Origin: a bacterium
GTDB lineage: Bacteria; Zhuqueibacterota; Zhuqueibacteria; Residuimicrobiales; Krinioviventaceae
Direction of reading: 5' to 3'
DNA: 64,000 bases
NCBI GenBank assembly: GCA_963674595.2
Contig: CAXXFV010000006.1
Span: 224,001-288,000 of the forward strand
Shown: positions 21,425-31,088 of the stretch, one piece after another
Position numbering within the stretch: the stretch's first letter is position 1
Layout: each line of letters opens with the position of its first letter
The notes under the pieces: model-generated
The model's database searches: none
Seen by the model: the letters and a program-made list of their open reading frames with translations, nothing else
What the model was told of the DNA's origin: nothing
Translations under genes and position numbers: made by a program

Positions 21425-21720
21425 GTTATACTCTCTTGTTTAAAAAAGGTTAACGGGTCCGGTTAATGGAGAGGGGAGACCTGTAAATTTTTCCCAATAT
21501 TATCATTCCATTGTAGGAAAATACCTGAAAAAAATCAAGGTGAAAGAGATATTTATTATTGCTCTAATCTTATAAATGTGATTTTTTATTTTACTCTATT
21601 TATCCAATTAGGGGACAATTTTCTCAAATAAAAAATTATAATAAAACTATTTTGATAAACAATAATAAATATTTATTTTAACAAAACGGGAACGCTCAGA
21701 ACAGTTATGAGGTTAATGAC

Positions 21721-23298
21721 ATGTTTAAATTGACTCTCCGCCCTGAATTGTCTTTTCCAAATGCTATTATTATGACGATTTTGTTTTTGGGATTTTGTAC
21801 TTTTTGCGGATGGCTTTGGCAGCGATATGGACCCAAAAAATACGCACATCTTTTCCTTAACCTTCTTTTGACTTTGCTTGGCATCATCTTTATCGTCGGG
21901 ATGATTTTCGGCAGTGCCCTGACCCATGATGAAATTGAACATGCCCATGCGGGCTGGCTTGTATATAAAGGACTGATCCCGTTTACCGATTTTTTCCAAC
22001 ATCACAATCCGGTTTTGTGGATCATCCTCGCCCCGTTGTTCAAAAGCTCATTCATTTCCAATAATATATTTTTATTCGTACGAATTTTAGCCACATGCTG
22101 CAGTCTGGTTTCTGTTCTTATTCTGGTACAAATGACAAAATATGTCTGGCAGGATAAAAAGGCTGTTTTGCTCATGTTCCTGTTTGTTATGAGCATTACC
22201 TTTTATCATAACCTGAATCTTTTTCGTCCGGATGTTTTTAGCAATGTTTTTAATCTGGCCGCTTTTTACTTGCTGCTTACAAGAAACCAAAAATATTGGG
22301 CCTGTTTTTTAGCCGGTTTGTGTTTGGGAATTTCCCTGTCCTTTTCTCCAAAATCTTTACCGCTTGTCGTCGTCTTGCCCCTGCTGAGTGTCATTGATTA
22401 TAAAAAGTTTGTGTATTTCATCCCCCGAAATATTGTTCATTTTTCCGGAATCCTGGCAGGGCTGGCACCATTGATTCTATGGCTAAAAAGTCATCAGTTA
22501 TTTCAATCGTTTTATTATTGGGTGTTTCACTTTAATTTGGAAGGAAAGGACCTGCTAGGAAAAAAGATCCAGTTAGATGTGGACATTCTTTTTCTGTTAA
22601 TCACACTGGTTGGAATTTATTTTTTATTTAAATCAAACGAACAGAGGAAAAAACAGTCAGGGAAAATTCTTTCTATTTTTCTAATTGTTTCCGCAATCAC
22701 CTTTTTAAAACCATACCAGTACCCCTGTGAATATTATCAACAGATGTTTTTTCTGGTGGCGGCTGTTGCTGCATCCGGCGCTTTGCTTGTTATCATAAGG
22801 ACCTGGTTTACAGGTAAAAAAGCGTTCCTGTTATTTCCTCTTATCGGACTGTTGATTTGGCCGAGTTTGCATAATCTGCAAGCCGGATTACGGTCAAAGC
22901 GTTTTTTTATTTTTAACAAACAATTTCAAAACCTTCAAAAAATAGCCCGGGATGAAACGGTGATATGCTGTCCGCCGGCACACCCGGTAACAAATTTTGA
23001 CGCTGTTGATGTTACCAATGGCTGGGAATTTATACGCTGGTTGTCCATTCCGGTTATTCAGGAAAGAGTGAGGCCAAATTTCATTGAAAAAGTTATCTTA
23101 TCTAAACCGGCTGTTATTATGAACAAACCCCAGGACATCGGCATTGTTCAACATCTGCAAAAGAATAAAATCATTACGCCTGAAGAAGCTGCTTTTTTAA
23201 AAGAATATTTATCGACGAATTACCATTTAACCCATTTCGATGAACACCTTATGTGGGTCAGAAATGACAGGTATGAATGGTATCAATTAAATAAATGA
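21721..23298 (+). CDS. GT-C fold (ArnT/PMT-like) membrane glycosyltransferase
   Basis: Multi-TM; DEIEH acidic motif followed by DFFQHHNP; RPD motif. Confidence 0.75.
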   Translation: MFKLTLRPELSFPNAIIMTILFLGFCTFCGWLWQRYGPKKYAHLFLNLLLTLLGIIFIVGMIFGSALTHDEIEHAHAGWLVYKGLIPFTDFFQHHNPVLWIILAPLFKSSFISNNIFLFVRILATCCSLVSVLILVQMTKYVWQDKKAVLLMFLFVMSITFYHNLNLFRPDVFSNVFNLAAFYLLLTRNQKYWACFLAGLCLGISLSFSPKSLPLVVVLPLLSVIDYKKFVYFIPRNIVHFSGILAGLAPLILWLKSHQLFQSFYYWVFHFNLEGKDLLGKKIQLDVDILFLLITLVGIYFLFKSNEQRKKQSGKILSIFLIVSAITFLKPYQYPCEYYQQMFFLVAAVAASGALLVIIRTWFTGKKAFLLFPLIGLLIWPSLHNLQAGLRSKRFFIFNKQFQNLQKIARDETVICCPPAHPVTNFDAVDVTNGWEFIRWLSIPVIQERVRPNFIEKVILSKPAVIMNKPQDIGIVQHLQKNKIITPEEAAFLKEYLSTNYHLTHFDEHLMWVRNDRYEWYQLNK

Positions 23299-23307
23299 TA
23301 TGATTTT

Positions 23308-23335
23308 GTAGAGGCGTAAAATATTATGTCTCTAC
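23308..23335 (+). repeat. GTAG-type REP palindrome, copy 1
   Basis: GTAGAGGCGTAAAATATTATGTCTCTAC, an imperfect palindrome starting with GTAG. Confidence 0.7.
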
Positions 23336-23415
23336 CGGGATGCCATCTCTGTGCACCGGTAGTGTAATCTGATATATATTTTTATTATGGGTAAAAATTT
23401 TACAGCGTGTAAATT

Positions 23416-24030
23416 TTAATAGGAAACCCGGTACCAATTTTCTTCCAGTTTTTTATTGGTATCCATATTTAGTGGCGATAATGTTCTTTCATCCAATTCT
23501 TTAATTTCTTTTGGATCATTGGTATATACAAACGCTGAATAATGATCCAGAAATCCATTGTTTATATAAAACTCTATTTTATATTTGTTGTCAGGGGTTT
23601 TGTCTATGGATATTATATTTCCCCCGTTTGATATTGGAGGAAACTTCCAGGAGTCTAATTTACAACCAGAATTACTATCAACCATATTGGGTGTTAGTTC
23701 ACCTGACATTACTTTATAAACGATCTCTTTTCGTGTATCTTTCCGCAAATGCCAATCGATTTTTTCAATCAAATCTGGACCCCAAAACAGCGTTAAAGTT
23801 CCAATGAGGATAATTAAAACCACGCGTGTTATATGGAATTTTGATCTTACCTTACCATTGTCGCTTAATGCTACAATTAATAAAAAATATGTAATAATCA
23901 CCCCAACAGCAATGTACAGCATCATTATGATGAATACTAATCCAAATGAAGAATAATACATGACAGGCGCCTGGATTATAACGGAAATGAGTAAAATAAT
24001 CGTCAGTATATTGTATATTTTTGTTTTCAT
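23416..24030 (-). CDS. Hypothetical membrane protein (3 TM plus soluble C-terminal domain)
   Basis: Three hydrophobic segments; C-terminus GFLDHYSAFVY...KLEENWYRV. Confidence 0.75.
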   Translation of the reverse strand: MKTKIYNILTIILLISVIIQAPVMYYSSFGLVFIIMMLYIAVGVIITYFLLIVALSDNGKVRSKFHITRVVLIILIGTLTLFWGPDLIEKIDWHLRKDTRKEIVYKVMSGELTPNMVDSNSGCKLDSWKFPPISNGGNIISIDKTPDNKYKIEFYINNGFLDHYSAFVYTNDPKEIKELDERTLSPLNMDTNKKLEENWYRVSY

Positions 24031-24071
24031 TTAATGTTCTATTGTTTATTCACTTTTTAATAGGTTGGGGT

Positions 24072-24098
24072 TAGAGACGCGATTCATCTTGTCTATAC
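24072..24098 (+). repeat. Degenerate REP palindrome, copy 2
   Basis: TAGAGACGCGATTCATCTTGTCTATAC; its downstream flank (CGGGAAACCATTTCAGTG) matches that of copy 1 (CGGGATGCCATCTCTGTG). Confidence 0.6.
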
Positions 24099-24200
24099 CG
24101 GGAAACCATTTCAGTGTATCATTAATCGGGTGTTTGCCCCGATATTGTATGTTAATATTAATTTTTTTTATGATTTGGACCAGGGTATCCGGTCAAATTA

Positions 24201-24225
24201 GTAGATGCACGGCCGTGCGTCTCAA
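24201..24225 (+). repeat. Degenerate REP palindrome, copy 3
   Basis: GTAGATGCACGGCCGTGCGTCTCAA. Confidence 0.6.
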
Positions 24226-24368
24226 TCACGATATTGTAATTAATATTAGGTTTGAACTTGATTGTATTATTATTGTAACGTATCGTTTGATAATGATGGT
24301 TTATATCTGTAAAGGAAGTTTTTTCTCTTTTTAAACCTGATGTCGGAATCTCTAAGTGATAAATTTTG

Positions 24369-25337
24369 TTAATTTCTATTTTGATTATAATTTATGTTTA
24401 AAATATCATTAAAACTTCCTCTTAATTCTAATCCAGGATTTATCATTTTATTTTTACCAGCTTTTTCAATTAAATTCGAAAGATCAATTATAATTTTTTC
24501 ATTATTAATTAACTCACCACTTTTTTTACCATTAATGTAAAATTCGATTTGAAATTCTTCAAAAATAATTGATTTTTTAACTAATCTGCCTGGATCAGTA
24601 AAAGGAATACAAAATTTTATCTGATTATAATATGCTAATTTATCAAGTTGTTCGCCTAGGGGAGCAGTACCTGGTTGAACTTCTAAGGTATTTTCAAATA
24701 TTGCTGTATAATTATTTAAAGTTTTAAAATTAATTTTAAAAGCACAAAAATTTATATCAGGTAATCTATGCATGTTGTCACTCCACCTAAGATAAATTAA
24801 AGCATTTGGAGAGTTTAAAAATCCTGGATATGGACTTCCAGTCCAATTGCCAGAGAATTTAATCCTAACTGAAGCATGAAAGCTTCTAATTGTTTTTTGT
24901 TCATATAACAAATCATTACTCAATGTTTCTAATTTTCGTCCTCCAGATAGGATTTTTTTATCTAACTCATCTAACCTTATTTTTAATTTGTTTAGTGCTT
25001 GATTATTATCCAAATTGGGATAAATGTCTCTAGCTAAATCGAGAAAAGGCTTAATTTGAAATTTTAAAGTGTCACTGTTAGATTTAATATATTCAAGAGT
25101 CGTATAAGCTTCATTTAGTTGATTATTGAGATTTGAAATTTTTTCATTTTTATCTATTTCATCTATCCAAGTAATATAGACACCCAAAATTAATATAAAG
25201 ATGGTTATAACAATTAGTATATTTCTTGCATATTTAAACGATTTTTTTCGTTTATCTTGCCATTTGTATTCTATAAATAAGGCTAATAAGGCTGAGCCAC
25301 CAATTAAAAATTGAGTTATTATTTTTAAACTGATCAT
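24369..25337 (-). CDS. Hypothetical protein: two N-terminal TM helices, coiled coil, C-terminal beta-rich domain; very AT-rich gene
   Basis: Probable ATG at 25337 (MISLKII); TM1-KWQDKRKK-TM2; heptad-like segments. Confidence 0.7.
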   Translation of the reverse strand: MISLKIITQFLIGGSALLALFIEYKWQDKRKKSFKYARNILIVITIFILILGVYITWIDEIDKNEKISNLNNQLNEAYTTLEYIKSNSDTLKFQIKPFLDLARDIYPNLDNNQALNKLKIRLDELDKKILSGGRKLETLSNDLLYEQKTIRSFHASVRIKFSGNWTGSPYPGFLNSPNALIYLRWSDNMHRLPDINFCAFKINFKTLNNYTAIFENTLEVQPGTAPLGEQLDKLAYYNQIKFCIPFTDPGRLVKKSIIFEEFQIEFYINGKKSGELINNEKIIIDLSNLIEKAGKNKMINPGLELRGSFNDILNINYNQNRN

Positions 25338-25457
25338 TTGTGTTGTTAATAGTTTTTGTAGTAAATTAACGAAATAGTTTTCCGCATAGATTTCGTGGAT
25401 AATCAATGCAGATATTTAGTATGCTAATATTATCAACTCAACTATTTCATTCTTAAT

Positions 25458-26156
25458 TCATTCCTTGTAATAATTTTTATAGCTTTGTTCAAAATCGTAT
25501 AACGTGCCTGCTGTTGTTCTATCTTTAAAGTACCTAATAATCCATTGATAGTTATTCCAATTATTATAATTGTAAGTTCTTGAACAATCTTCGATTTTAT
25601 CAATTTTGTTCAAACATTTAAAGATAAAGTCAAACATTTCTTGTCCATGAATATATTTGAACTTACATCCGTCCCATTCTTCAAGTGATGGGCAAAAAAA
25701 GACAAATTTTATATTAAATCGTGCATATGAAGTTTCTAATTCTATTGTTGGAAATCCAACAAAATTTCTATTTCTGTGAATATTCAAATATGATTCGAAT
25801 TTTTCAAGAAAAGAATTATCATATTTATCTTGAAGGCCAATCCAGTTTATTAGTTTTTCAATACATTCCCTATTTTTTCTTATCGGACTGAATTTTATAT
25901 CGTTTCTCTTTTTATAATTTTTGCAATCACCAATTATCATTTGAATTTTATCTTTGGAAACTTCAAGAATCGGACTTGTTCCAACTTTTCTATCATTTTG
26001 TGAATGATATGGCAATCTGATTCCTATAATATCCAATTCCCCACAAGACTGACCGTTTTTATCTGAATGAATAATAAGGTTTTGAACTATAAAGCCGTTT
26101 AGTCTAAGATACAGACGGGATAATTCTTCTAATACGCTGTCAAATTCTTTATCCAT
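25458..26156 (-). CDS. Putative PD-(D/E)xK restriction-endonuclease-fold nuclease
   Basis: E-x3-LYLRLNGF helix, then GELDIIGIR and IIGDCK: the E...D...(D/E)xK arrangement. Confidence 0.65.
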   Translation of the reverse strand: MDKEFDSVLEELSRLYLRLNGFIVQNLIIHSDKNGQSCGELDIIGIRLPYHSQNDRKVGTSPILEVSKDKIQMIIGDCKNYKKRNDIKFSPIRKNRECIEKLINWIGLQDKYDNSFLEKFESYLNIHRNRNFVGFPTIELETSYARFNIKFVFFCPSLEEWDGCKFKYIHGQEMFDFIFKCLNKIDKIEDCSRTYNYNNWNNYQWIIRYFKDRTTAGTLYDFEQSYKNYYKE

Positions 26157-26405
26157 AATTTTAGAGCTAACCTTTTTAGTCCAGATAATAGGTAGTTTAG
26201 AATTAATTGTTTAAATTGTGAAAATACAAATGAAGTATCTATTATCAAAAACCCAAAGATAAAAATTGTAAATCCATCCAGATTTCTTTCAGAACATCCC
26301 ACAAATTTCCGACAATTCTGAAAACAAAACTTTATGTGTTGTAATAAATTAATAATACAAAAAAATCGACACCACCGCAAGTGCTATTTACGAAAAATGA
26401 AAATA

Positions 26406-26433
26406 GCAGAGACGCGATTTATCGCGCCTCTGC
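26406..26433 (+). repeat. REP palindrome, copy 4
   Basis: GCAGAGACGCGATTTATCGCGCCTCTGC, near-perfect palindrome. Confidence 0.75.
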
Positions 26434-26476
26434 CAAAATATATTCAACATATTGTAATTATTAGAATTGATTTGTG

Positions 26477-28483
26477 CTATTTAATCCACTTGTTATTGAT
26501 CGGGCCCATTTCGTTTAATGGAATGGGCTGCAGACCGTATTGCTTCAGGACATCTTTATTACATAAATCCTTAATACTTTTACCATCTGCCTGAATAGTT
26601 GTATTGTTTTTGTAGCGGTTGACCCGGTCTTCGTCCCGGATAATCTCCTGGTTGCAATCCACAACCAGGTTGTTTTGCACGGTATTGACATTCAGGTTTG
26701 CATTTATGTCCCGTAAAACCGGATACCTTTGCTGATAGAGCGGGGAATTAATGTCCACCTCTTCATATAATCTTTTTTGGGTTACAGGATCATTCATATG
26801 ATTCAACCAGCGTTCCATGTCCCATCTGGAAAAACTATAGGCTCCATAACAATTGTAGAAGAGGTTGTTTTCGATCAAATTTTCTTTGCCGCCGTGGACC
26901 TGCACAGCGCCGAAAATAACACTGCCGCAATTTTCAAACACGTTGCCGTATATCAGTACCCCGGAGATCATATCGTCCAGCCGCACCCCGGCTGATCCGC
27001 AAATTCCGTCTTTGCCGTTTATGTCGGTCCATCGGTTATAGCGAATAATATTACCCTGATAGGACAAGTTATACCACATATCCAGACCGCCCTGATCGTC
27101 TGATTCGTTCACCACATCACTGATTTCATTATATTCGATTACATGTTCGTTACCTTCCACACGCAGGGCAGAGGAGGAAGAGTGCCGGAAACGATTGTGG
27201 CTCATTCGGTGTCCGCATCCATTAACAAGAATAGCCGGTTCATAGGTGCGTCTGAAAAGTGAAAAATTTTCTATCACTGTGTTTTCAACAAACGTGCCGG
27301 AGGGCGTGAGCGTTCTGCGGTCGCCGCCGTCAAGCACAACACCGCCGTTTCCAAAAGAGTTTAAAAAACAACCCTGAATACCGTGTCCGGTACCGCCGTC
27401 GATATGAATACCTTCGTTGCCGAACCGTTCCAGGCGGCAGTCCGCTATCAGACAATTTTCTCCGCCTTTGATCAATATGCCGTTGCCCCGGCTCTCCAGA
27501 AATGATAAACCTTTGAGTGTCAGATTTTTGACGTTTTTAATTTCAACCATATAGGGCGCATTAAAAATTGTCAACGTTACTTTAGCCTGTTCCGGATTTA
27601 TACCTTCCGGCGGGTACCAGTACAACTTACTTTCACTCCGGTCCAGATACCACTCTGTGGGTTGGTCGATTTCACAAAACAGGTTTACCCCGTAATAACG
27701 GAGTGAATCTTTATAGCCGTAATTATGATAAGGCTCTTGCAGGTATATTGTATTTTTTACCGGGTCGATTTTATCGATTTTCTGGTACTCTTCTTTCCAG
27801 TCCCAATACCAGTAACCTTCGGCACATGGTTCTTTTTCCTGTGCCCAGCGGTCCTGACGTGCATCCATATATTCGAAAATACCTTCTTTTGTTCTTCTTT
27901 CTTTAGTATAGCCTAAGGGCATTGGCGTTTTGCCGCGTATTTCACCTGATCTGGTAAAACCTGAATTGGGCCAGTGGGCCAGGGTTTGCAATTGTCCGTT
28001 GCAGACAAGGTCGGGCCTGTTGCCGTCCACAACCGGATCACCAAAATCAGATATTTCGGCCTTACTCAGGTCTGTTACATAAATTTTATCCTTAACAGCC
28101 GGATCGAGCAGGCTGAGTTTATTCTCATCTTTCAGGACCTGCCAATTTTGGAGCGCTTTACTTCCCGTAAAAACCGGCTCTTCATTTTTATAAGCCCTGT
28201 AAACAACCGGAGTTTTGCCGCTGTCCGTATCCATTGCATTAAACAACATGGCATTGTTTAAGGTATAAACACCGCCCCGGATATTCACAATAATGGGTTC
28301 ACCGGGCTTTTGTTTTTGCATGGTTTGTACTAATTCCTGTGCTTTTGCAATCGTTAATAGTGGGTGCCCCTTGGTCCCGTCGTTGGAATCGTTTCCCGAT
28401 GCAGAGATGTAAATATTATTTTTCTGACTACAAGAGGTAATCAGAAAGAGACCCAACACGAACAACAGCCATCTGATTTTCAT
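26477..28483 (-). CDS. Right-handed parallel beta-helix lipoprotein (GH141-like/pectin-lyase fold)
   Basis: Lipobox ITSC; GNDSNDGT...PLLTI; NLFCEIDQPTEWY; Asn-rich PbH1 repeats; DQGG, GVRLDD. Confidence 0.85.
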   Translation of the reverse strand: MKIRWLLFVLGLFLITSCSQKNNIYISASGNDSNDGTKGHPLLTIAKAQELVQTMQKQKPGEPIIVNIRGGVYTLNNAMLFNAMDTDSGKTPVVYRAYKNEEPVFTGSKALQNWQVLKDENKLSLLDPAVKDKIYVTDLSKAEISDFGDPVVDGNRPDLVCNGQLQTLAHWPNSGFTRSGEIRGKTPMPLGYTKERRTKEGIFEYMDARQDRWAQEKEPCAEGYWYWDWKEEYQKIDKIDPVKNTIYLQEPYHNYGYKDSLRYYGVNLFCEIDQPTEWYLDRSESKLYWYPPEGINPEQAKVTLTIFNAPYMVEIKNVKNLTLKGLSFLESRGNGILIKGGENCLIADCRLERFGNEGIHIDGGTGHGIQGCFLNSFGNGGVVLDGGDRRTLTPSGTFVENTVIENFSLFRRTYEPAILVNGCGHRMSHNRFRHSSSSALRVEGNEHVIEYNEISDVVNESDDQGGLDMWYNLSYQGNIIRYNRWTDINGKDGICGSAGVRLDDMISGVLIYGNVFENCGSVIFGAVQVHGGKENLIENNLFYNCYGAYSFSRWDMERWLNHMNDPVTQKRLYEEVDINSPLYQQRYPVLRDINANLNVNTVQNNLVVDCNQEIIRDEDRVNRYKNNTTIQADGKSIKDLCNKDVLKQYGLQPIPLNEMGPINNKWIK

Positions 28484-28551
28484 TATTATTCCTTTCGTAA
28501 AGTATTTTGTAAATGCCGGTTTGTATCATTCAGGACATTATTTTTAATATA

Positions 28552-29469
28552 TTACAACGTTCGGCGTTCCTCTGAACGTTTGTCTTTAACCAGCGTACTG
28601 CTGTGAAAGATACCCTGCATGGCCCGGTCCCGCCATGCGACTGTAGAATCGTATAATTTCTGTTCCGTATCTATCGTTGTTATCAGAATGCCGGGCGTGT
28701 TCCTGCGGAGACGGCCGGTTATCACCCCATCCGGTCTGACAAAAAAGCCCGGCCAGCAGCTTATTTTTGCGCTGGAGTTACTGCAGCTTATCCATAAGTG
28801 GCTGCCTGCACAGGCTGCCTGCACCGATGCCGGCATGGTAATTTCCGGCAGGGTAGAGCCGCGATTTATTTTATGGAATTGCGGACCGACCTGCTGTTGC
28901 ATATCCTGATATTGTTTTGGATCCATATTGGCCGCATGAAAGGAGTGAAATACGAGTTCGACGCCCTTTTTCTTGTAATCCCGATAAAGTTCCGGATAAC
29001 GGTACTCATGACAAATAAGGGCCCCGCACCGAACGCCCTGAATGTCAAATACAGAGGCATGATCACCGGGACTGAAATGCAACAATTCACCGGATTGTTC
29101 CGAAGCATCACCCGCACAAAAACGTTTATCATAACGATCTAAAATTTCGCCCTGATCACTAATGATATAAAGACTGTTATGCGGTTTATGTTGACCAGTA
29201 AGTTGATGAACAGATCCCAAAATAACCCACAATTTAAGACGACCCGCATGATGAATGATCTCACGGGTACATGATTCCAGCAGGTGCCAGTCCAAATTTT
29301 TATATGAATTAATATCATGCCCGACATAACCCGGCAGACAGGCTTCCGGGAAATGGGCTACCTGTGCACCGCGTGTCCGGGCGTTTGTCATCTGTTTCAG
29401 GATATAATTATAATTCCTGTTAATATCTGCACAGGTCGGAAACTGACATGTGGCGATGGTGAGTATCAT
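28552..29469 (-). CDS. Carbon-nitrogen hydrolase (nitrilase superfamily)
   Basis: E-K-C triad: FPE, YDKR, LICHE. Confidence 0.9.
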   Translation of the reverse strand: MILTIATCQFPTCADINRNYNYILKQMTNARTRGAQVAHFPEACLPGYVGHDINSYKNLDWHLLESCTREIIHHAGRLKLWVILGSVHQLTGQHKPHNSLYIISDQGEILDRYDKRFCAGDASEQSGELLHFSPGDHASVFDIQGVRCGALICHEYRYPELYRDYKKKGVELVFHSFHAANMDPKQYQDMQQQVGPQFHKINRGSTLPEITMPASVQAACAGSHLWISCSNSSAKISCWPGFFVRPDGVITGRLRRNTPGILITTIDTEQKLYDSTVAWRDRAMQGIFHSSTLVKDKRSEERRTL

Positions 29470-29523
29470 ACACGGCCTTTTTAATGCAGTTTATATGTAT
29501 TAATTAGTAAATTCACAGTGAAT

Positions 29524-30966
29524 TTATAAATTCGGTTTCGGAGGTTCATTTTCAGTCGGTACCCACTTTTTATGATCAGTGATTACCTTTTGATACTTTT
29601 CAACACCAGCCAGGTTTGTCCATTCATTTGGGTCCGTTTGATGGTCATACAATTCTTCGGTACCATCCGCATATTGAATATAGCGCCAGCGTTCACTGCG
29701 TATGGCGTGATTTTTATAACCGTATGTCATCAAGGCCGGCTGATGCCAGTTAAGCTCGGGATTATCGACAAGTTCTGCGGCACTGCGTCCGTGTAATTTG
29801 TCATTTGTTGGCAAACCACAAAGATCAACAAGAGTCGGGTATATTGTTGTCATATCAATCGGCTGTTCGCACTTTTTCCCGGCCGTGGCTTTTTTACGCG
29901 GATCAACAATAATAAAAGGGATGTGAGTTGCCTTTTCCCACAGAGCAAACTTTTCGATATGGTCTTTTTCACCCAGGTGGAAGCCATGGTCGGACCATAG
30001 AATAATAATCGTATTATCTGCGAATCCGCTGTCGTCCAGGGCTTTTAACAGTCGTCCGACAGATGTATCAGAAAAACTACAGCAGGCTGCATAGGCGTGG
30101 ATAAAATCGCTATAGGACCCCGGTTTTTTCTTTTCCAGGGCCATCATTCCTTTCCAGAACCATTTGGTCGGATTCATGAGTTCGGCTGCCCCGGCAGGGA
30201 GATCGTCCCAGTCATCCTCTTTCCGTAGAGGGAGCGGGAGAGAGTCATCATACAGTTTATGATATTTGGGCGGAGCAAAAAAGGGAGAATGGGGTTTAAA
30301 AATACCACACGCCAGCAGAAAAGGTTCGTCTTCTCCTTTTGCCGCATCAAGCTTTTTCTGTTTTAAAACATCAATGGCATAATTAACCGATTTAAAATCG
30401 ATTGTTTTGGATTCTTCCGCGTCTTTTGGCCAGGGACCCCAGTCCGTATTTCTGGAACCGTATTCATCGGCGCCGTTTAGTTTGTTTTCCGGCATATATT
30501 GTGGGTCCATCTTTTTAAAAGAATCCCAGGATTCCGGATCGTTATAGGCCCCGTTATTAGCGTGATGATAAACTTTGCCGAAACCGGCCGTATAATAACC
30601 ATTCTCTCCAAAATATTCGGGCAGGGTAAGGTGCCCTTTGGTGGCATTACGCCAGTCTGTTTGATTGCCGTACACACCGGATTTATGAGGACGCAATCCT
30701 GTTAATGTTGCCGTACGTGACGGATTGCAGGCAGGGGAAGCACAAAAAGCGTTTGTAAAAAAAACGCCGCGTTTGGCAAGCGCTTCAATATTGGGGGTTT
30801 GGAAAGGCCTGTTTTTGCCAAATAAGCTGATACCGTCATTCATGTCATCAATGGATATAAAAAGGATATTTGGCTTTTTTACCGGTTTCATTTTTGACGC
30901 ATTACAGCCCATTGCAACAGCAGCCGCACTGCACCCCATTGTTTTTATAAAATGCCGTCTGTTCAT
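29524..30966 (-). CDS. S1 sulfatase (choline/iduronate-sulfatase-like), Tat-lipoprotein
   Basis: NRRHFIK, AMGC; SIDDMN, CNPSR, KPHSP, WSDHGFHLGEK. Confidence 0.93.
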   Translation of the reverse strand: MNRRHFIKTMGCSAAAVAMGCNASKMKPVKKPNILFISIDDMNDGISLFGKNRPFQTPNIEALAKRGVFFTNAFCASPACNPSRTATLTGLRPHKSGVYGNQTDWRNATKGHLTLPEYFGENGYYTAGFGKVYHHANNGAYNDPESWDSFKKMDPQYMPENKLNGADEYGSRNTDWGPWPKDAEESKTIDFKSVNYAIDVLKQKKLDAAKGEDEPFLLACGIFKPHSPFFAPPKYHKLYDDSLPLPLRKEDDWDDLPAGAAELMNPTKWFWKGMMALEKKKPGSYSDFIHAYAACCSFSDTSVGRLLKALDDSGFADNTIIILWSDHGFHLGEKDHIEKFALWEKATHIPFIIVDPRKKATAGKKCEQPIDMTTIYPTLVDLCGLPTNDKLHGRSAAELVDNPELNWHQPALMTYGYKNHAIRSERWRYIQYADGTEELYDHQTDPNEWTNLAGVEKYQKVITDHKKWVPTENEPPKPNL

Positions 30967-31088
30967 TTAATACTCCTGTTGAGGGGAATTGGCAGAGTCG
31001 TATCAGGAATTAATGATTTTATCCGTAATTGGTGACGAGTTCAATTAACATATATTTTCATCGGGTTGATTAATATATAATAATTAAT

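Noticed and set aside
24065-24334. 89-aa plus-strand ORF
   Set aside because: Runs through the REP palindromes; probably a chance ORF
26129-26380. 83-aa ORF upstream of the nuclease gene
   Set aside because: Overlaps the nuclease start, spans the apparent island boundary, and has no clear RBS or recognisable motif
23308-26433. Possible CRISPR repeats
   Set aside because: Copies are divergent and irregularly spaced (130-2200 nt) with no cas genes; a REP interpretation fits better
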